DNA of 64,000 bases from Spirochaetaceae bacterium (lineage in GTDB: Bacteria; Spirochaetota; Spirochaetia; DSM-2461), in contig JAOPTT010000001.1 of NCBI GenBank assembly GCA_051531975.1, positions 96,001 to 160,000 of the forward strand, written 5' to 3'. How positions within the stretch are numbered: position 1 is the first letter of the stretch; each line of letters begins with the position of its first letter. The notes under the pieces are model-generated. The model had not been told where the DNA came from. It saw nothing but the letters and a program-made list of their open reading frames with translations, and searched no databases. The translations under genes and the position numbers were made by a program. Below, piece after piece: positions 8,089 to 16,808 of this stretch.

Positions 8089-10236
8089 TTACTTTATCAA
8101 GAATGTATAAGCACCATTCCAATTAGCAGGAGGTGGATTGTTTTTGAAATTGATGCATCTATCCAGGAATATTTGAGAAGCATAATCGAATGGAAGGATT
8201 TCAAGACATTCTCTAAATAGTTTAATTGAATCGTCCCAATTTTTAGAAAAATATTGGTCTAATGCGTTATTATATGTTTTTAGAATTTGCTGTTTACTTG
8301 TCTTTATATTTGTTTCATTTGAATTAAAAACTTCATATATGGTTTCAGGGTTGTCCTTACCTTTAACATTTACATAGTCTAATTTTCTCCAAAGTATTGA
8401 GCTATCTTCTTTAATAAGTGCCCAGGTGGCTGAGCTTATTATAATTTGAACATTATATTGCTTTGTTAAACTTTCCAAACGTGCTGCCAAATTTACAACA
8501 TCTCCTAAAACTGTAGAATCCATTCGTTCGTTAGATCCAACGGTCCCAATAATCACACGACCACTATGAATACCAATACCTGTTTTTATAGGAACAGCAC
8601 CATATTCAAGTCTTTTTTGATTATATTCGTGTAGACAATCTTGCATCTCAATAGCCGCATGAACAGCACAATTTGCCTCTTTTTCTGAACCATCCTCAGA
8701 GAGGTCGAAAAGAGCCATAATTGCATCACCAATAAATTTATCAATAAATCCTCTATTCTTATGAATTGGTCTGCTTAACCTCTCAAAATAGGCGTTTAGA
8801 AAATCTAATACATCTTTAGGTTTCATGTTTTCAGTAAAGTTTGTAAATGAACGAATATCTGAAAACAACACACTAATAAAAGCACTTTCTGCATTTCCAA
8901 GTTTTATACTCTCGATTCCTTTTTTTCCAATCCGTGCCATAAAGTTTGGAGGAACAAACTTCTGAAATGTTTCAGCATATATTTCAATTTTTGTATAAGC
9001 TTTAGAAAACCGAAGAGAAAGAAAAAATGATTGAAATAAAATAAATAGAAACGTACCTAAAGGAACTAAGCGAAATGGACTAATAGGTATTTGATAAATA
9101 AATAATATATCGTGAATAAAAGTAATAACAGGTAGTATTAATCCTAGTATTATAACAATAGCACCTTTCTCTTTTTTCATCGATGTCCCAATTAAAAGAA
9201 ACAGTATGTAAAAACATAATAAGGTAAAATATATTTGATAGAAAAAAGCAAACTTTGAATAAAAGTTAATAGTTGAAACCAGGGTTAATAATGCAAATAT
9301 TCCGCCAATAACTTTTACAGTTGGAAGGATACGGTTCCGGAGGAAAGGACGATAAAAAATTGAATCTACGAATGCTATCCATAGCGGTGGAATTAAATAT
9401 AGTGTTAGGTATTCAACCTTTCTAGCAATCTCCCAATTTAGCGTAGGATAAATAGATACTAAAAAATCTTCACCTTTAATCAATATTCTAAGGCAAATAA
9501 GCAGACAAATAAATCCAAAATATAGAGGGCTCTTGTCTTTTTTACGTAGAATATAAAGTCCAAAATGATAAAAAGCCATAATAATAATGCTACCAAAAAG
9601 TGTCATCTCGAAGGCGAGTTTTTGTCTCATGTTCTGTATTATTTGCCTTTCTTCTCCAAATTCGATATATGACCATGGGCCACCAAGCCTATGGTTATAG
9701 TTAGAAACATTCAGAGTTAGTAGTTTAATGTTTTGTGATAAATCAACAGATACGATATCAGAAGAGTGTTGTGGAACCATTAGTTTTTTTTCTTTTCCAA
9801 CAACACCACTTTGAGAAATTTTTTCCCGATCGATCCATAGTGTATAGGCAGAACTTTGCTCATCTAACTTTAGGGCATACCTTTTACTGGATTCTGGGAA
9901 AATAACCTTCAGTCTAAAGGTAGCATACCCATAACTTCCTAGTTTTTCTCCATTTATTTTATAGTTATTCCATTGTCCTGGTAAATTATAATAACCTTGA
10001 AGCATGGGTTTTGAAGTAGATTGTATCTCAAAGTCCATTGGCACTAATAATTGATCCCAATAGAACTTCCATTCTCCATTTAGTTTTACAACTCCATCAT
10101 TTATAAAATCCCAATCTGAAAGGTCGAGAACACCTTTTATGGCTATTGGCTGAGTTTTTTCTGAATATTGGTTTTGGCAGGAAAATAGAAACAGAAATAA
10201 TAAAAAAGCTATTAAATAAAATCGATGCTTCATCAC
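8089..10236 (-). CDS. Membrane adenylate cyclase (class III) with 7TM-DISM sensory region
   Basis: GVLDLSDWDF..VKLNGEWKFYW extracellular domain, about 7 TM helices, and catalytic motifs FSDIRSFT, IDKFIGDAIMA, GIGIHSG, DSTVLGDVVNLAARLE. Confidence 0.9.
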   Translation of the reverse strand: MMKHRFYLIAFLLFLFLFSCQNQYSEKTQPIAIKGVLDLSDWDFINDGVVKLNGEWKFYWDQLLVPMDFEIQSTSKPMLQGYYNLPGQWNNYKINGEKLGSYGYATFRLKVIFPESSKRYALKLDEQSSAYTLWIDREKISQSGVVGKEKKLMVPQHSSDIVSVDLSQNIKLLTLNVSNYNHRLGGPWSYIEFGEERQIIQNMRQKLAFEMTLFGSIIIMAFYHFGLYILRKKDKSPLYFGFICLLICLRILIKGEDFLVSIYPTLNWEIARKVEYLTLYLIPPLWIAFVDSIFYRPFLRNRILPTVKVIGGIFALLTLVSTINFYSKFAFFYQIYFTLLCFYILFLLIGTSMKKEKGAIVIILGLILPVITFIHDILFIYQIPISPFRLVPLGTFLFILFQSFFLSLRFSKAYTKIEIYAETFQKFVPPNFMARIGKKGIESIKLGNAESAFISVLFSDIRSFTNFTENMKPKDVLDFLNAYFERLSRPIHKNRGFIDKFIGDAIMALFDLSEDGSEKEANCAVHAAIEMQDCLHEYNQKRLEYGAVPIKTGIGIHSGRVIIGTVGSNERMDSTVLGDVVNLAARLESLTKQYNVQIIISSATWALIKEDSSILWRKLDYVNVKGKDNPETIYEVFNSNETNIKTSKQQILKTYNNALDQYFSKNWDDSIKLFRECLEILPFDYASQIFLDRCINFKNNPPPANWNGAYTFLIK

Positions 10237-10467
10237 CCTATACTTTCTCCTCGATATTATATATCAGACTTCTCATACTAATATTGTAGCTTACTTTATA
10301 CCAAATACAAGTTTTAGGTTAAAATAAAGTAAAAACATACCCTCAATATAGATATCATCGAAGAAGTATCAGAATCCTGGAAAGCCATATCTATTGTCCT
10401 TTATTCCAGCCTTAATTTTCAATATTTCTTTATTAGTAACAGATACTCCTTTCTTTAAGAATACTAT

Positions 10468-10516
10468 TGTATACAGAATTATATTTTAATTGCTTTTTTG
10501 TCTCTTTAGGTATACA
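10468..10516 (+). promoter_or_regulatory. Candidate GntR autoregulatory operators
   Basis: TGTATACA at 10468-10475 and GGTATACA at 10509-10516 upstream of the GntR gene. Confidence 0.5.
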
Positions 10517-10547
10517 CTGTCCATAATTCCAGGAAAAAGGAGATATT

Positions 10548-11222
10548 ATGAACGGAGAAAAAAATAGAACATCATATGAATATCTCAAAGATTTGATTCT
10601 CGGGTTCCACATAAAACATGGGCAGAGGATAACTGAAGTATTTCTTTCAGAGAAAATGAACTTATCTAGAATTCCTGTAAGAGAAGCTATTCAGCAAATG
10701 GTATACGAAGGATTTATTGAACGTTCAGAAAAAAATGGATATCAGATTAAAGAGTATAACGAGCAGGATATAATAGACTTATATAACTATAGAGAAGCTA
10801 TGGATGGAATGTTAGTAAAATTGTTTACTGGGAGGGTTGATGAATCCCAACTCTACTTCCTAGAGATTAATGTGGAATCTATGTCTGAGATATTACAGGA
10901 TTTTGACAGAAAAGAGTTTTCAAAGATAGATTTAGAGTTTCATAGAATAATTGCAAGAGGTGCCCGGAACCAGTATATGGAGCATCAACATGAAATTATC
11001 TTAGAAAAAGTTTTATACGTTGCCGAGCTTATGTATAAGGTTGCAGAAGAGAAAAAGATCAACTTATTAGACATAAATAGTTATAAGAATACATACTTAC
11101 AACATAAAGCTATTCTGGAATCTATTAAAAAACGTGATCCTGAAAATGCCGAAAACTTTGCTCGAGAGTCTGTTAGAGAGGGGCTTAAAAAAAGCCTATT
11201 AATACTATCTAAACATCGTTAA
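10548..11222 (+). CDS. GntR/FadR-family regulator, paralog of 7367-8044
   Basis: Shares the identical block QIKEYNEQDIIDLYNYREAMDGML and the motif FHRIIARGARNxYMEHQHEIILEKVLYVA. Confidence 0.92.
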   Translation: MNGEKNRTSYEYLKDLILGFHIKHGQRITEVFLSEKMNLSRIPVREAIQQMVYEGFIERSEKNGYQIKEYNEQDIIDLYNYREAMDGMLVKLFTGRVDESQLYFLEINVESMSEILQDFDRKEFSKIDLEFHRIIARGARNQYMEHQHEIILEKVLYVAELMYKVAEEKKINLLDINSYKNTYLQHKAILESIKKRDPENAENFARESVREGLKKSLLILSKHR

Positions 11223-11244
11223 TAAATATAGGAGAAGGATATTT

Positions 11245-12414
11245 ATGGATACCAATACTATAAAAAAACTTAAAGAATTTTATAATAACGAACTACTTAA
11301 TAATGTAGTTCCATTTTGGCAAAATAATTCTGTAGACTGGGAATATGGCGGTTTTATGGATTTTCTAGATAGAGAGGGTAAAACACTATCAACTGATAAA
11401 GGTGGTTGGGTTCAAGGACGAGCAGTTTGGATATTTTCAAACCTATATAGGGATATAGAAAAGAGAGATGAATGGCTAAAAGTTGCAGAAAATGGTGTGA
11501 AGTTCATTAGAGAACATCTAATCAGAAAATCTGACGGAAGGGTTTACTTCGAAGTTACTAGAGAGGGTAAACCCCTGTTAATGAGACGTTACCTGTTTTC
11601 TGAACTATTTGCAGCTATGGGTTTAGCAGCATACTCTGAAATATCCGGGGACAGACAGGCTCTTGATGAAGCAAGAACTCTATACTCAACTATAAATAAT
11701 CTAATGGATAAAATGCCTTCAAAAATTGATGTAAATACAAGAAAGTTCAGAGGACATTCCATGACTATGATGTTAATAAACCTCTGTCAGGTTATGCGAG
11801 ATGCGGATATGGAAAGAGCATCAATTTATACAAAACAAATAGATATCCAGATAGATGAGCTTTTTAAATACTTGGTTAAACCTGAGCTAAAATGCCTTCT
11901 AGAAACCGTTGATGAAAATGGAGACCAAACTGAGGGTCCTGAAGGTCGATGTGTAAATCCGGGGCACGCTATTGAAACAGCATGGTTTATATTAGAGGAA
12001 GCAAAGTTACGTAACGATGATGAATTAATTAAGAAGACACTGCTAATTATAGACTGGTCTTTAGAGTTAGGTTGGGACAAAGAGTATGGAGGGATTTTTT
12101 CTTTTGTTGATATAGAAGGAAAACAACCAGCACAAGTTGAGTGGGATATGAAATACTGGTGGCCTCACTGCGAAACCATATATGCACTATTACTAGCCTA
12201 TGATCTGACTAAGGATAAAAAATACGAAGATTGGTTTAATAAAGTACATGATTATACCTGGGATAAATTTCCGGATAGAGAGCATGGTGAGTGGTTTGGA
12301 TATTTAAGACGGGATGGTTCTGTTCAAGTAGATCTGAAAGGAAATCACTTTAAAGGGCCTTTTCATATACCAAGGTTTTTAACAAAAGTTTCAACTTTAT
12401 TAGACAGTATGTAA
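11245..12414 (+). CDS. AGE-family epimerase (N-acylglucosamine 2-epimerase-like)
   Basis: WVQGR, NPGHAIE, WDKEYGG, WWPHCE, GEWFGYL, KGPFHIPR. Confidence 0.9.
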   Translation: MDTNTIKKLKEFYNNELLNNVVPFWQNNSVDWEYGGFMDFLDREGKTLSTDKGGWVQGRAVWIFSNLYRDIEKRDEWLKVAENGVKFIREHLIRKSDGRVYFEVTREGKPLLMRRYLFSELFAAMGLAAYSEISGDRQALDEARTLYSTINNLMDKMPSKIDVNTRKFRGHSMTMMLINLCQVMRDADMERASIYTKQIDIQIDELFKYLVKPELKCLLETVDENGDQTEGPEGRCVNPGHAIETAWFILEEAKLRNDDELIKKTLLIIDWSLELGWDKEYGGIFSFVDIEGKQPAQVEWDMKYWWPHCETIYALLLAYDLTKDKKYEDWFNKVHDYTWDKFPDREHGEWFGYLRRDGSVQVDLKGNHFKGPFHIPRFLTKVSTLLDSM

Positions 12415-12416
12415 TA

Positions 12417-12444
12417 AAAATCCCGGATAGAAATCTGGGGTTTA
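12417..12444 (+). terminator. Rho-independent terminator candidate
   Basis: TCCCGGAT-AGAA-ATCTGGGG followed by TTTAT. Confidence 0.5.
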
Positions 12445-12526
12445 TATGGTTTACTATATCCTCTAACAAGAACTTAGTTGTGTAATATCGAAAGTGGTAT
12501 TATTATTTATTGAAGCTGAGGTATAA

Positions 12527-12889
12527 ATGTTTAGATTATCATATAAAATCATGTTACTTTTCACCATTCTTGTCACAATTGCAGGAATAATTACACTATT
12601 CCCAAGTAGCGCAGCTAATTATCCTAATTTAATAGGATATAAATCAGTATGTACATTTACACCTGCAGCAACATTTTTTTGTTTTTTTATCGCAGGTTTA
12701 AGTTGTTTTATACGTTCAACATTCATAAAAGACCAAAGTGGTAGTAAAACTGAAAGGTTTCATAGACATAAAAAAAGTCTGATCGCACTTAGTTTGGTTT
12801 TTATTGTTGCATCTCTATTTACATATAAATACATTGAAATAAAAACACCATATATAGATGGAACGGCAGCAGCTAGTTTTGAAATTTAA
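12527..12889 (+). CDS. Small membrane protein (about 3 TM) of unknown function
   Basis: RBS GAGGT, hydrophobic segments, motif NLIGYKSVCTFTPA. Confidence 0.75.
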   Translation: MFRLSYKIMLLFTILVTIAGIITLFPSSAANYPNLIGYKSVCTFTPAATFFCFFIAGLSCFIRSTFIKDQSGSKTERFHRHKKSLIALSLVFIVASLFTYKYIEIKTPYIDGTAAASFEI

Positions 12890-12903
12890 CAAAGGGAGAT
12901 AAT

Positions 12904-13368
12904 ATGAGCAACAAAAGGGAAGCTATAGATACATTCTTATCTGTAAAAAAGTTTGCAATAGCAGGGGTATCTAGGAACGAAAATAAAACAGGTTCTGCTT
13001 TTTTAAAAGAGTTAACAGGAAAAGGTTTAGATGTTGTAGGTGTTAATCCACATATGAAAGTGATACATGGTAAACCATGTTTTCCATCTGTTTCAGAACT
13101 ACCTGATGGTATTGAGTCTATACTTACAACTGTAAAACCAGAGCAGACACTTTCCATTGTAAAAGAAGCGTATAAAAAAGGTATAAATAATATATGGATG
13201 CAACAGGGTTCTGCTTCGCCAGAGGCTATTCAGTTTGCAGAAAATAACAAAATGAATGTAATCTATAAAGAGTGTATCATGATGTATTGTGATCCAGTGA
13301 AATCAGTTCATAAGTTCCACCGTGGAATTAAAAAAATATTTGGTGGTTACCATAAGGCCTTAGCCTAA
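12904..13368 (+). CDS. CoA-binding domain protein (YccU-like)
   Basis: AIAGVSR, VNP, IWMQQG, CIMM motifs. Confidence 0.9.
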   Translation: MSNKREAIDTFLSVKKFAIAGVSRNENKTGSAFLKELTGKGLDVVGVNPHMKVIHGKPCFPSVSELPDGIESILTTVKPEQTLSIVKEAYKKGINNIWMQQGSASPEAIQFAENNKMNVIYKECIMMYCDPVKSVHKFHRGIKKIFGGYHKALA

Positions 13369-13398
13369 TAAGCAGGGATTGTTGATTAGTTGAAAGGA

Positions 13399-14142
13399 TT
13401 AATTAACATTCCACGGCATGAGTTTTTTTTCTACAACATCTAATAAACCGTATAGTCCTAATCCAGTTAAACTTAACATAATAATCCCAACATACATTTG
13501 AGGATAATCGATCATTACCCAGCTATTCATAATATAATAACCAATACCATAAACTGTTGCGAAGTTTTCGCTAAAAAAAAGTACAGACAGACTGATTCCA
13601 ATACTTATACGAATTGCAGATAAAATAGCAGGCAGTATCCCAGGTAGTGTAATTTCAAAAAGTATCTGCTTTTTATTTAATAAAAATATTTTTGATAAAT
13701 AATCATATTCCTTAGGTAACTGTTTTGTTCTATCCCTAACAGCAATAGTAATAGGGAAAAATAATATTGTACTAATAAGAATAATCTTTGGTGTATTTCC
13801 CAAGCCAAATAGAACCATTAAAATAGGTAAAAAAGCGATCTTAGGAATTGGATATAATAGGTATAATATAGGAGAAAACAGGGAATTTAATTTTTTTATT
13901 TTTGCTGTTATTATTCCGATGGGAATTCCAATAGACAGGGAAATTAATAAACTACATAAAATACGCAAAATACTTACAAAAAGATGTAAAAAAAGAGTTC
14001 CTTTACGAGCCTCAAAAAGCAGCTGTTTTAAAACTACAATAGGTGAAGGTATTATTGGTTTATTGATAATAATGAAAAACAGAAACCACACAGATAATAT
14101 AACCAGTATACCAAATAAAATAGACCTTTTATTCATAAGCAT
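13399..14142 (-). CDS. ABC permease, SsuC/TauC/NitT family
   Basis: YPIPKIAFLPILMVLFGLG, LPGILP, multiple TM segments. Confidence 0.9.
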   Translation of the reverse strand: MLMNKRSILFGILVILSVWFLFFIIINKPIIPSPIVVLKQLLFEARKGTLFLHLFVSILRILCSLLISLSIGIPIGIITAKIKKLNSLFSPILYLLYPIPKIAFLPILMVLFGLGNTPKIILISTILFFPITIAVRDRTKQLPKEYDYLSKIFLLNKKQILFEITLPGILPAILSAIRISIGISLSVLFFSENFATVYGIGYYIMNSWVMIDYPQMYVGIIMLSLTGLGLYGLLDVVEKKLMPWNVN

Positions 14143-14842
14143 TAGCCTCTTTCAAAGCCTGACGAACACTGCAGCAGACATCAAAAAATGATGAATCACT
14201 CCGGGAGTTCTTAACATGGTAACTAGGGTTATCAATCTCTTTCAAGATTCTTTTTTGTTCCATTATTAAAATTCTTTTACCAAGATAAACAGCTTCTTCT
14301 ATGTTATGAGTAACAAGTATAAGTGTTAAGCCAAGGGCTTCAGCGGTCTTCTTTAGTTGATCTTGTAATTGTTCTTTAGTTATCTCATCTAAAGCGGATG
14401 TTGGCTCATCTAAGAGCAGTAGATCAGGATTGTGGATTATTGTTCTAGCTAGAGCCGCCCTCTGTCTTTGACCACCACTTAATTGTGATGGAAACTTATA
14501 GGCCTGATCCTGAATATTATACATTTTAAGTAAATTATTTGCTTTCTCTTTGTTACTTTTATTCTTTTTAAAACCTAATAAGGTATTGTTAATAATATTT
14601 TTCCAAGGAAGCAGCATATCTGTTTGGAACAGTAACCCCTTCTTCATAGATAAATCATTAGTAGTGATAATAGAGCCAGAGGTGGGTTTTAAAAGTTCAG
14701 CAAGTAGATATAAAAGAGTTGTTTTTCCACAGCCACTGGCTCCTACAATGGCTAAAGATTCACCTCTGTTTACACTAAAGTTAACGTCCTGTAGAGCTTG
14801 TTCATCGTCATACCATAAGTTAACATCTTGAAGTTTGATCAC
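14129..14842 (-). CDS. ABC ATPase, SsuB/TauB family
   Basis: GASGCGKTT, LSGGQRQR, LLLDEP, VTHNIEEA. Confidence 0.93.
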   Translation of the reverse strand: MIKLQDVNLWYDDEQALQDVNFSVNRGESLAIVGASGCGKTTLLYLLAELLKPTSGSIITTNDLSMKKGLLFQTDMLLPWKNIINNTLLGFKKNKSNKEKANNLLKMYNIQDQAYKFPSQLSGGQRQRAALARTIIHNPDLLLLDEPTSALDEITKEQLQDQLKKTAEALGLTLILVTHNIEEAVYLGKRILIMEQKRILKEIDNPSYHVKNSRSDSSFFDVCCSVRQALKEANAYE

Positions 14843-15735
14843 TATTTAATAAATCTGGTATCAAACAGATCCTTATTTGATAGTTCTATTTTTTTATTAG
14901 TAATTTTTGATGTCCACTCTATAATTTTTTTAGTGAATTCTGCACTTGGAACTGAAGGATTAGTATAAATAGGCAGTTCAATAGAGTCTTTAATTATTGG
15001 TGGTATATTTGGGATTGAACGAATTAAGACTTCCCTAGCTAAATCTGGGTTTTTCTGAAGTTCTAATACTGCCTCAGCATAAACTGAATGAAATATTTTT
15101 ATAGATTTCTTTTTATCTTTTAATGACTGGCTAGTAAAAACCAAAATATCAAGGCTTTCTTCTGGTATGCCTTGATATGTTTTTTTAATTAAGCCTTTTA
15201 ATACACCTATTGAAGCTAATGGTTCAGGGAACAGTCCCATATCAATGTGGCCTGCGGCAACAGCTTCTAACCGTGTAGGAATAGCATTAATAAATACTTT
15301 AGAATAATCTTGATCCTTCATATATTCTGAAACTAGATAATTAGAAACACTAACTTCCATCATTCCAATTTCTGGTTTAGTTTTAAGATCATATTTTGGG
15401 TTAATTAGCAGTGGAAACGATCCGTTTGTAGATAAAGTTCCTTTAATTGGAAACCCAGCTGCAACATTACTTATTAGAGCAACCATATCTGTCATTGCTG
15501 CATCTATACTATTAGTCTGGAGAGCTGTTTGTCTATTTTGGGCATTTGTAAAGATAGTGAACTCTACTTCTATCCCCGCTTTAGTAAAAAGCCCTTGTTC
15601 ATGGGCATAAAAAAACGGTGCGATATCTACAGCTGGCATTAGTCCAACTTTTAATGTCTTATTATCAGCATTGTTATTACAAGAAGTTAATACAAATACC
15701 AATGTTAAAAGTAATACTATGTTATTTTTTTTCAT
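14842..15735 (-). CDS. ABC substrate-binding lipoprotein, NMT1/SsuA-like
   Basis: Lipobox LTSC, KVGLMPAVDIAPF..A.EQGLF, FPEPLA. Confidence 0.87.
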   Translation of the reverse strand: MKKNNIVLLLTLVFVLTSCNNNADNKTLKVGLMPAVDIAPFFYAHEQGLFTKAGIEVEFTIFTNAQNRQTALQTNSIDAAMTDMVALISNVAAGFPIKGTLSTNGSFPLLINPKYDLKTKPEIGMMEVSVSNYLVSEYMKDQDYSKVFINAIPTRLEAVAAGHIDMGLFPEPLASIGVLKGLIKKTYQGIPEESLDILVFTSQSLKDKKKSIKIFHSVYAEAVLELQKNPDLAREVLIRSIPNIPPIIKDSIELPIYTNPSVPSAEFTKKIIEWTSKITNKKIELSNKDLFDTRFIK

Positions 15736-15871
15736 TTAATTTAATCCTATATATTTTTATTTATTTCTGTAAAAAAACTATAACACAATCTTATTGATAA
15801 TAGGAATAGAATGTTCAGATTGATTGCCTGAAGAACAATAATATGAAATACTTCCCATATAGGAGATTCCC

Positions 15872-16786
15872 TTGAATATAAAAAAATTACTGGTTTTTGG
15901 TAAAATGTATTTTATTGCTCTAAGACCCTTTTCATTAACCCTCGCTTTAGCTTCCACGACCTATGGAATTCTAGCTGCATTTATAAATGGTTTACTTTTT
16001 ACAGACCGTATATGGCATGATATATTATTAATTATCTTAATTACTGGTGCAGGAATCGCTTCTCAAGCCGGAGCGAATCTTATTAATGACTATTTTGAGG
16101 GAAGTTTTAAATATAACAATACTTCTACTAAAACACGAAAATTTCTTGGTAGAGAAAGAACTTATTTTGATATATTTGTATTTATGTCCGGTATAGCAGC
16201 CCTTGGTTTAGCAGGGTTAGTTGGTATCTATCTGATATATATAACGGATCTGTGGATGTTGGTAATTGGTTTAATAGGTTTAATTGGGTCATATGCTTAT
16301 ACTGGAGAGCCATTTGTATATAAAAGGAAAGCTTTAGGTGTACCTTTATCATTTATCTTAATGGGACCTCTTATGACCTTGGGAGCATATTATGCTATTA
16401 CGGGAAGTTTTTCATTAACACCGATGTTATTAAGTCTGCCTGGGTCACTACTTATTCCAGCATTAATGGTTAGTAATGAACTACGGGACTTTAAACACGA
16501 CGAAAAATTTAGCCTTGGAACCTTAACTGTTTTAATAGGAAGTTTTTGGAGTAATCGGCTATTTGAGTTCTTAATACTAACAATGTATGTTTTAACTATA
16601 ATATTTGTAATTATTGGTTATTATCCCATTTATGCACTAATTTCCCTACTAACGATTCCAGTGGCAATAATAGCTTGGAACCGTGTAAGAAAATCAAAAA
16701 ACCTGAGTATTCCATCAACAAACAGGCTTCATTTATGGTTTAATACAATAATCTTAGTTAGCTTAATAATATCTATAACAATATAG
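15872..16786 (+). CDS. menA: UbiA-family prenyltransferase, MenA-like (DHNA polyprenyltransferase)
   Basis: LRPFSL, ANLINDYFE, YAYTGEP, NELRDFKHD...TL; polytopic membrane protein; TTG start after AGGAG. Confidence 0.75.
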   Translation: MNIKKLLVFGKMYFIALRPFSLTLALASTTYGILAAFINGLLFTDRIWHDILLIILITGAGIASQAGANLINDYFEGSFKYNNTSTKTRKFLGRERTYFDIFVFMSGIAALGLAGLVGIYLIYITDLWMLVIGLIGLIGSYAYTGEPFVYKRKALGVPLSFILMGPLMTLGAYYAITGSFSLTPMLLSLPGSLLIPALMVSNELRDFKHDEKFSLGTLTVLIGSFWSNRLFEFLILTMYVLTIIFVIIGYYPIYALISLLTIPVAIIAWNRVRKSKNLSIPSTNRLHLWFNTIILVSLIISITI

Positions 16787-16808
16787 TTAATTCAAATTAT
16801 TATATAAA

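Noticed and set aside
10260..10460. Possible small ORF or gene remnant between the cyclase and GntR
   Set aside because: Only short frames, with no convincing start and no homology recognisable by eye.
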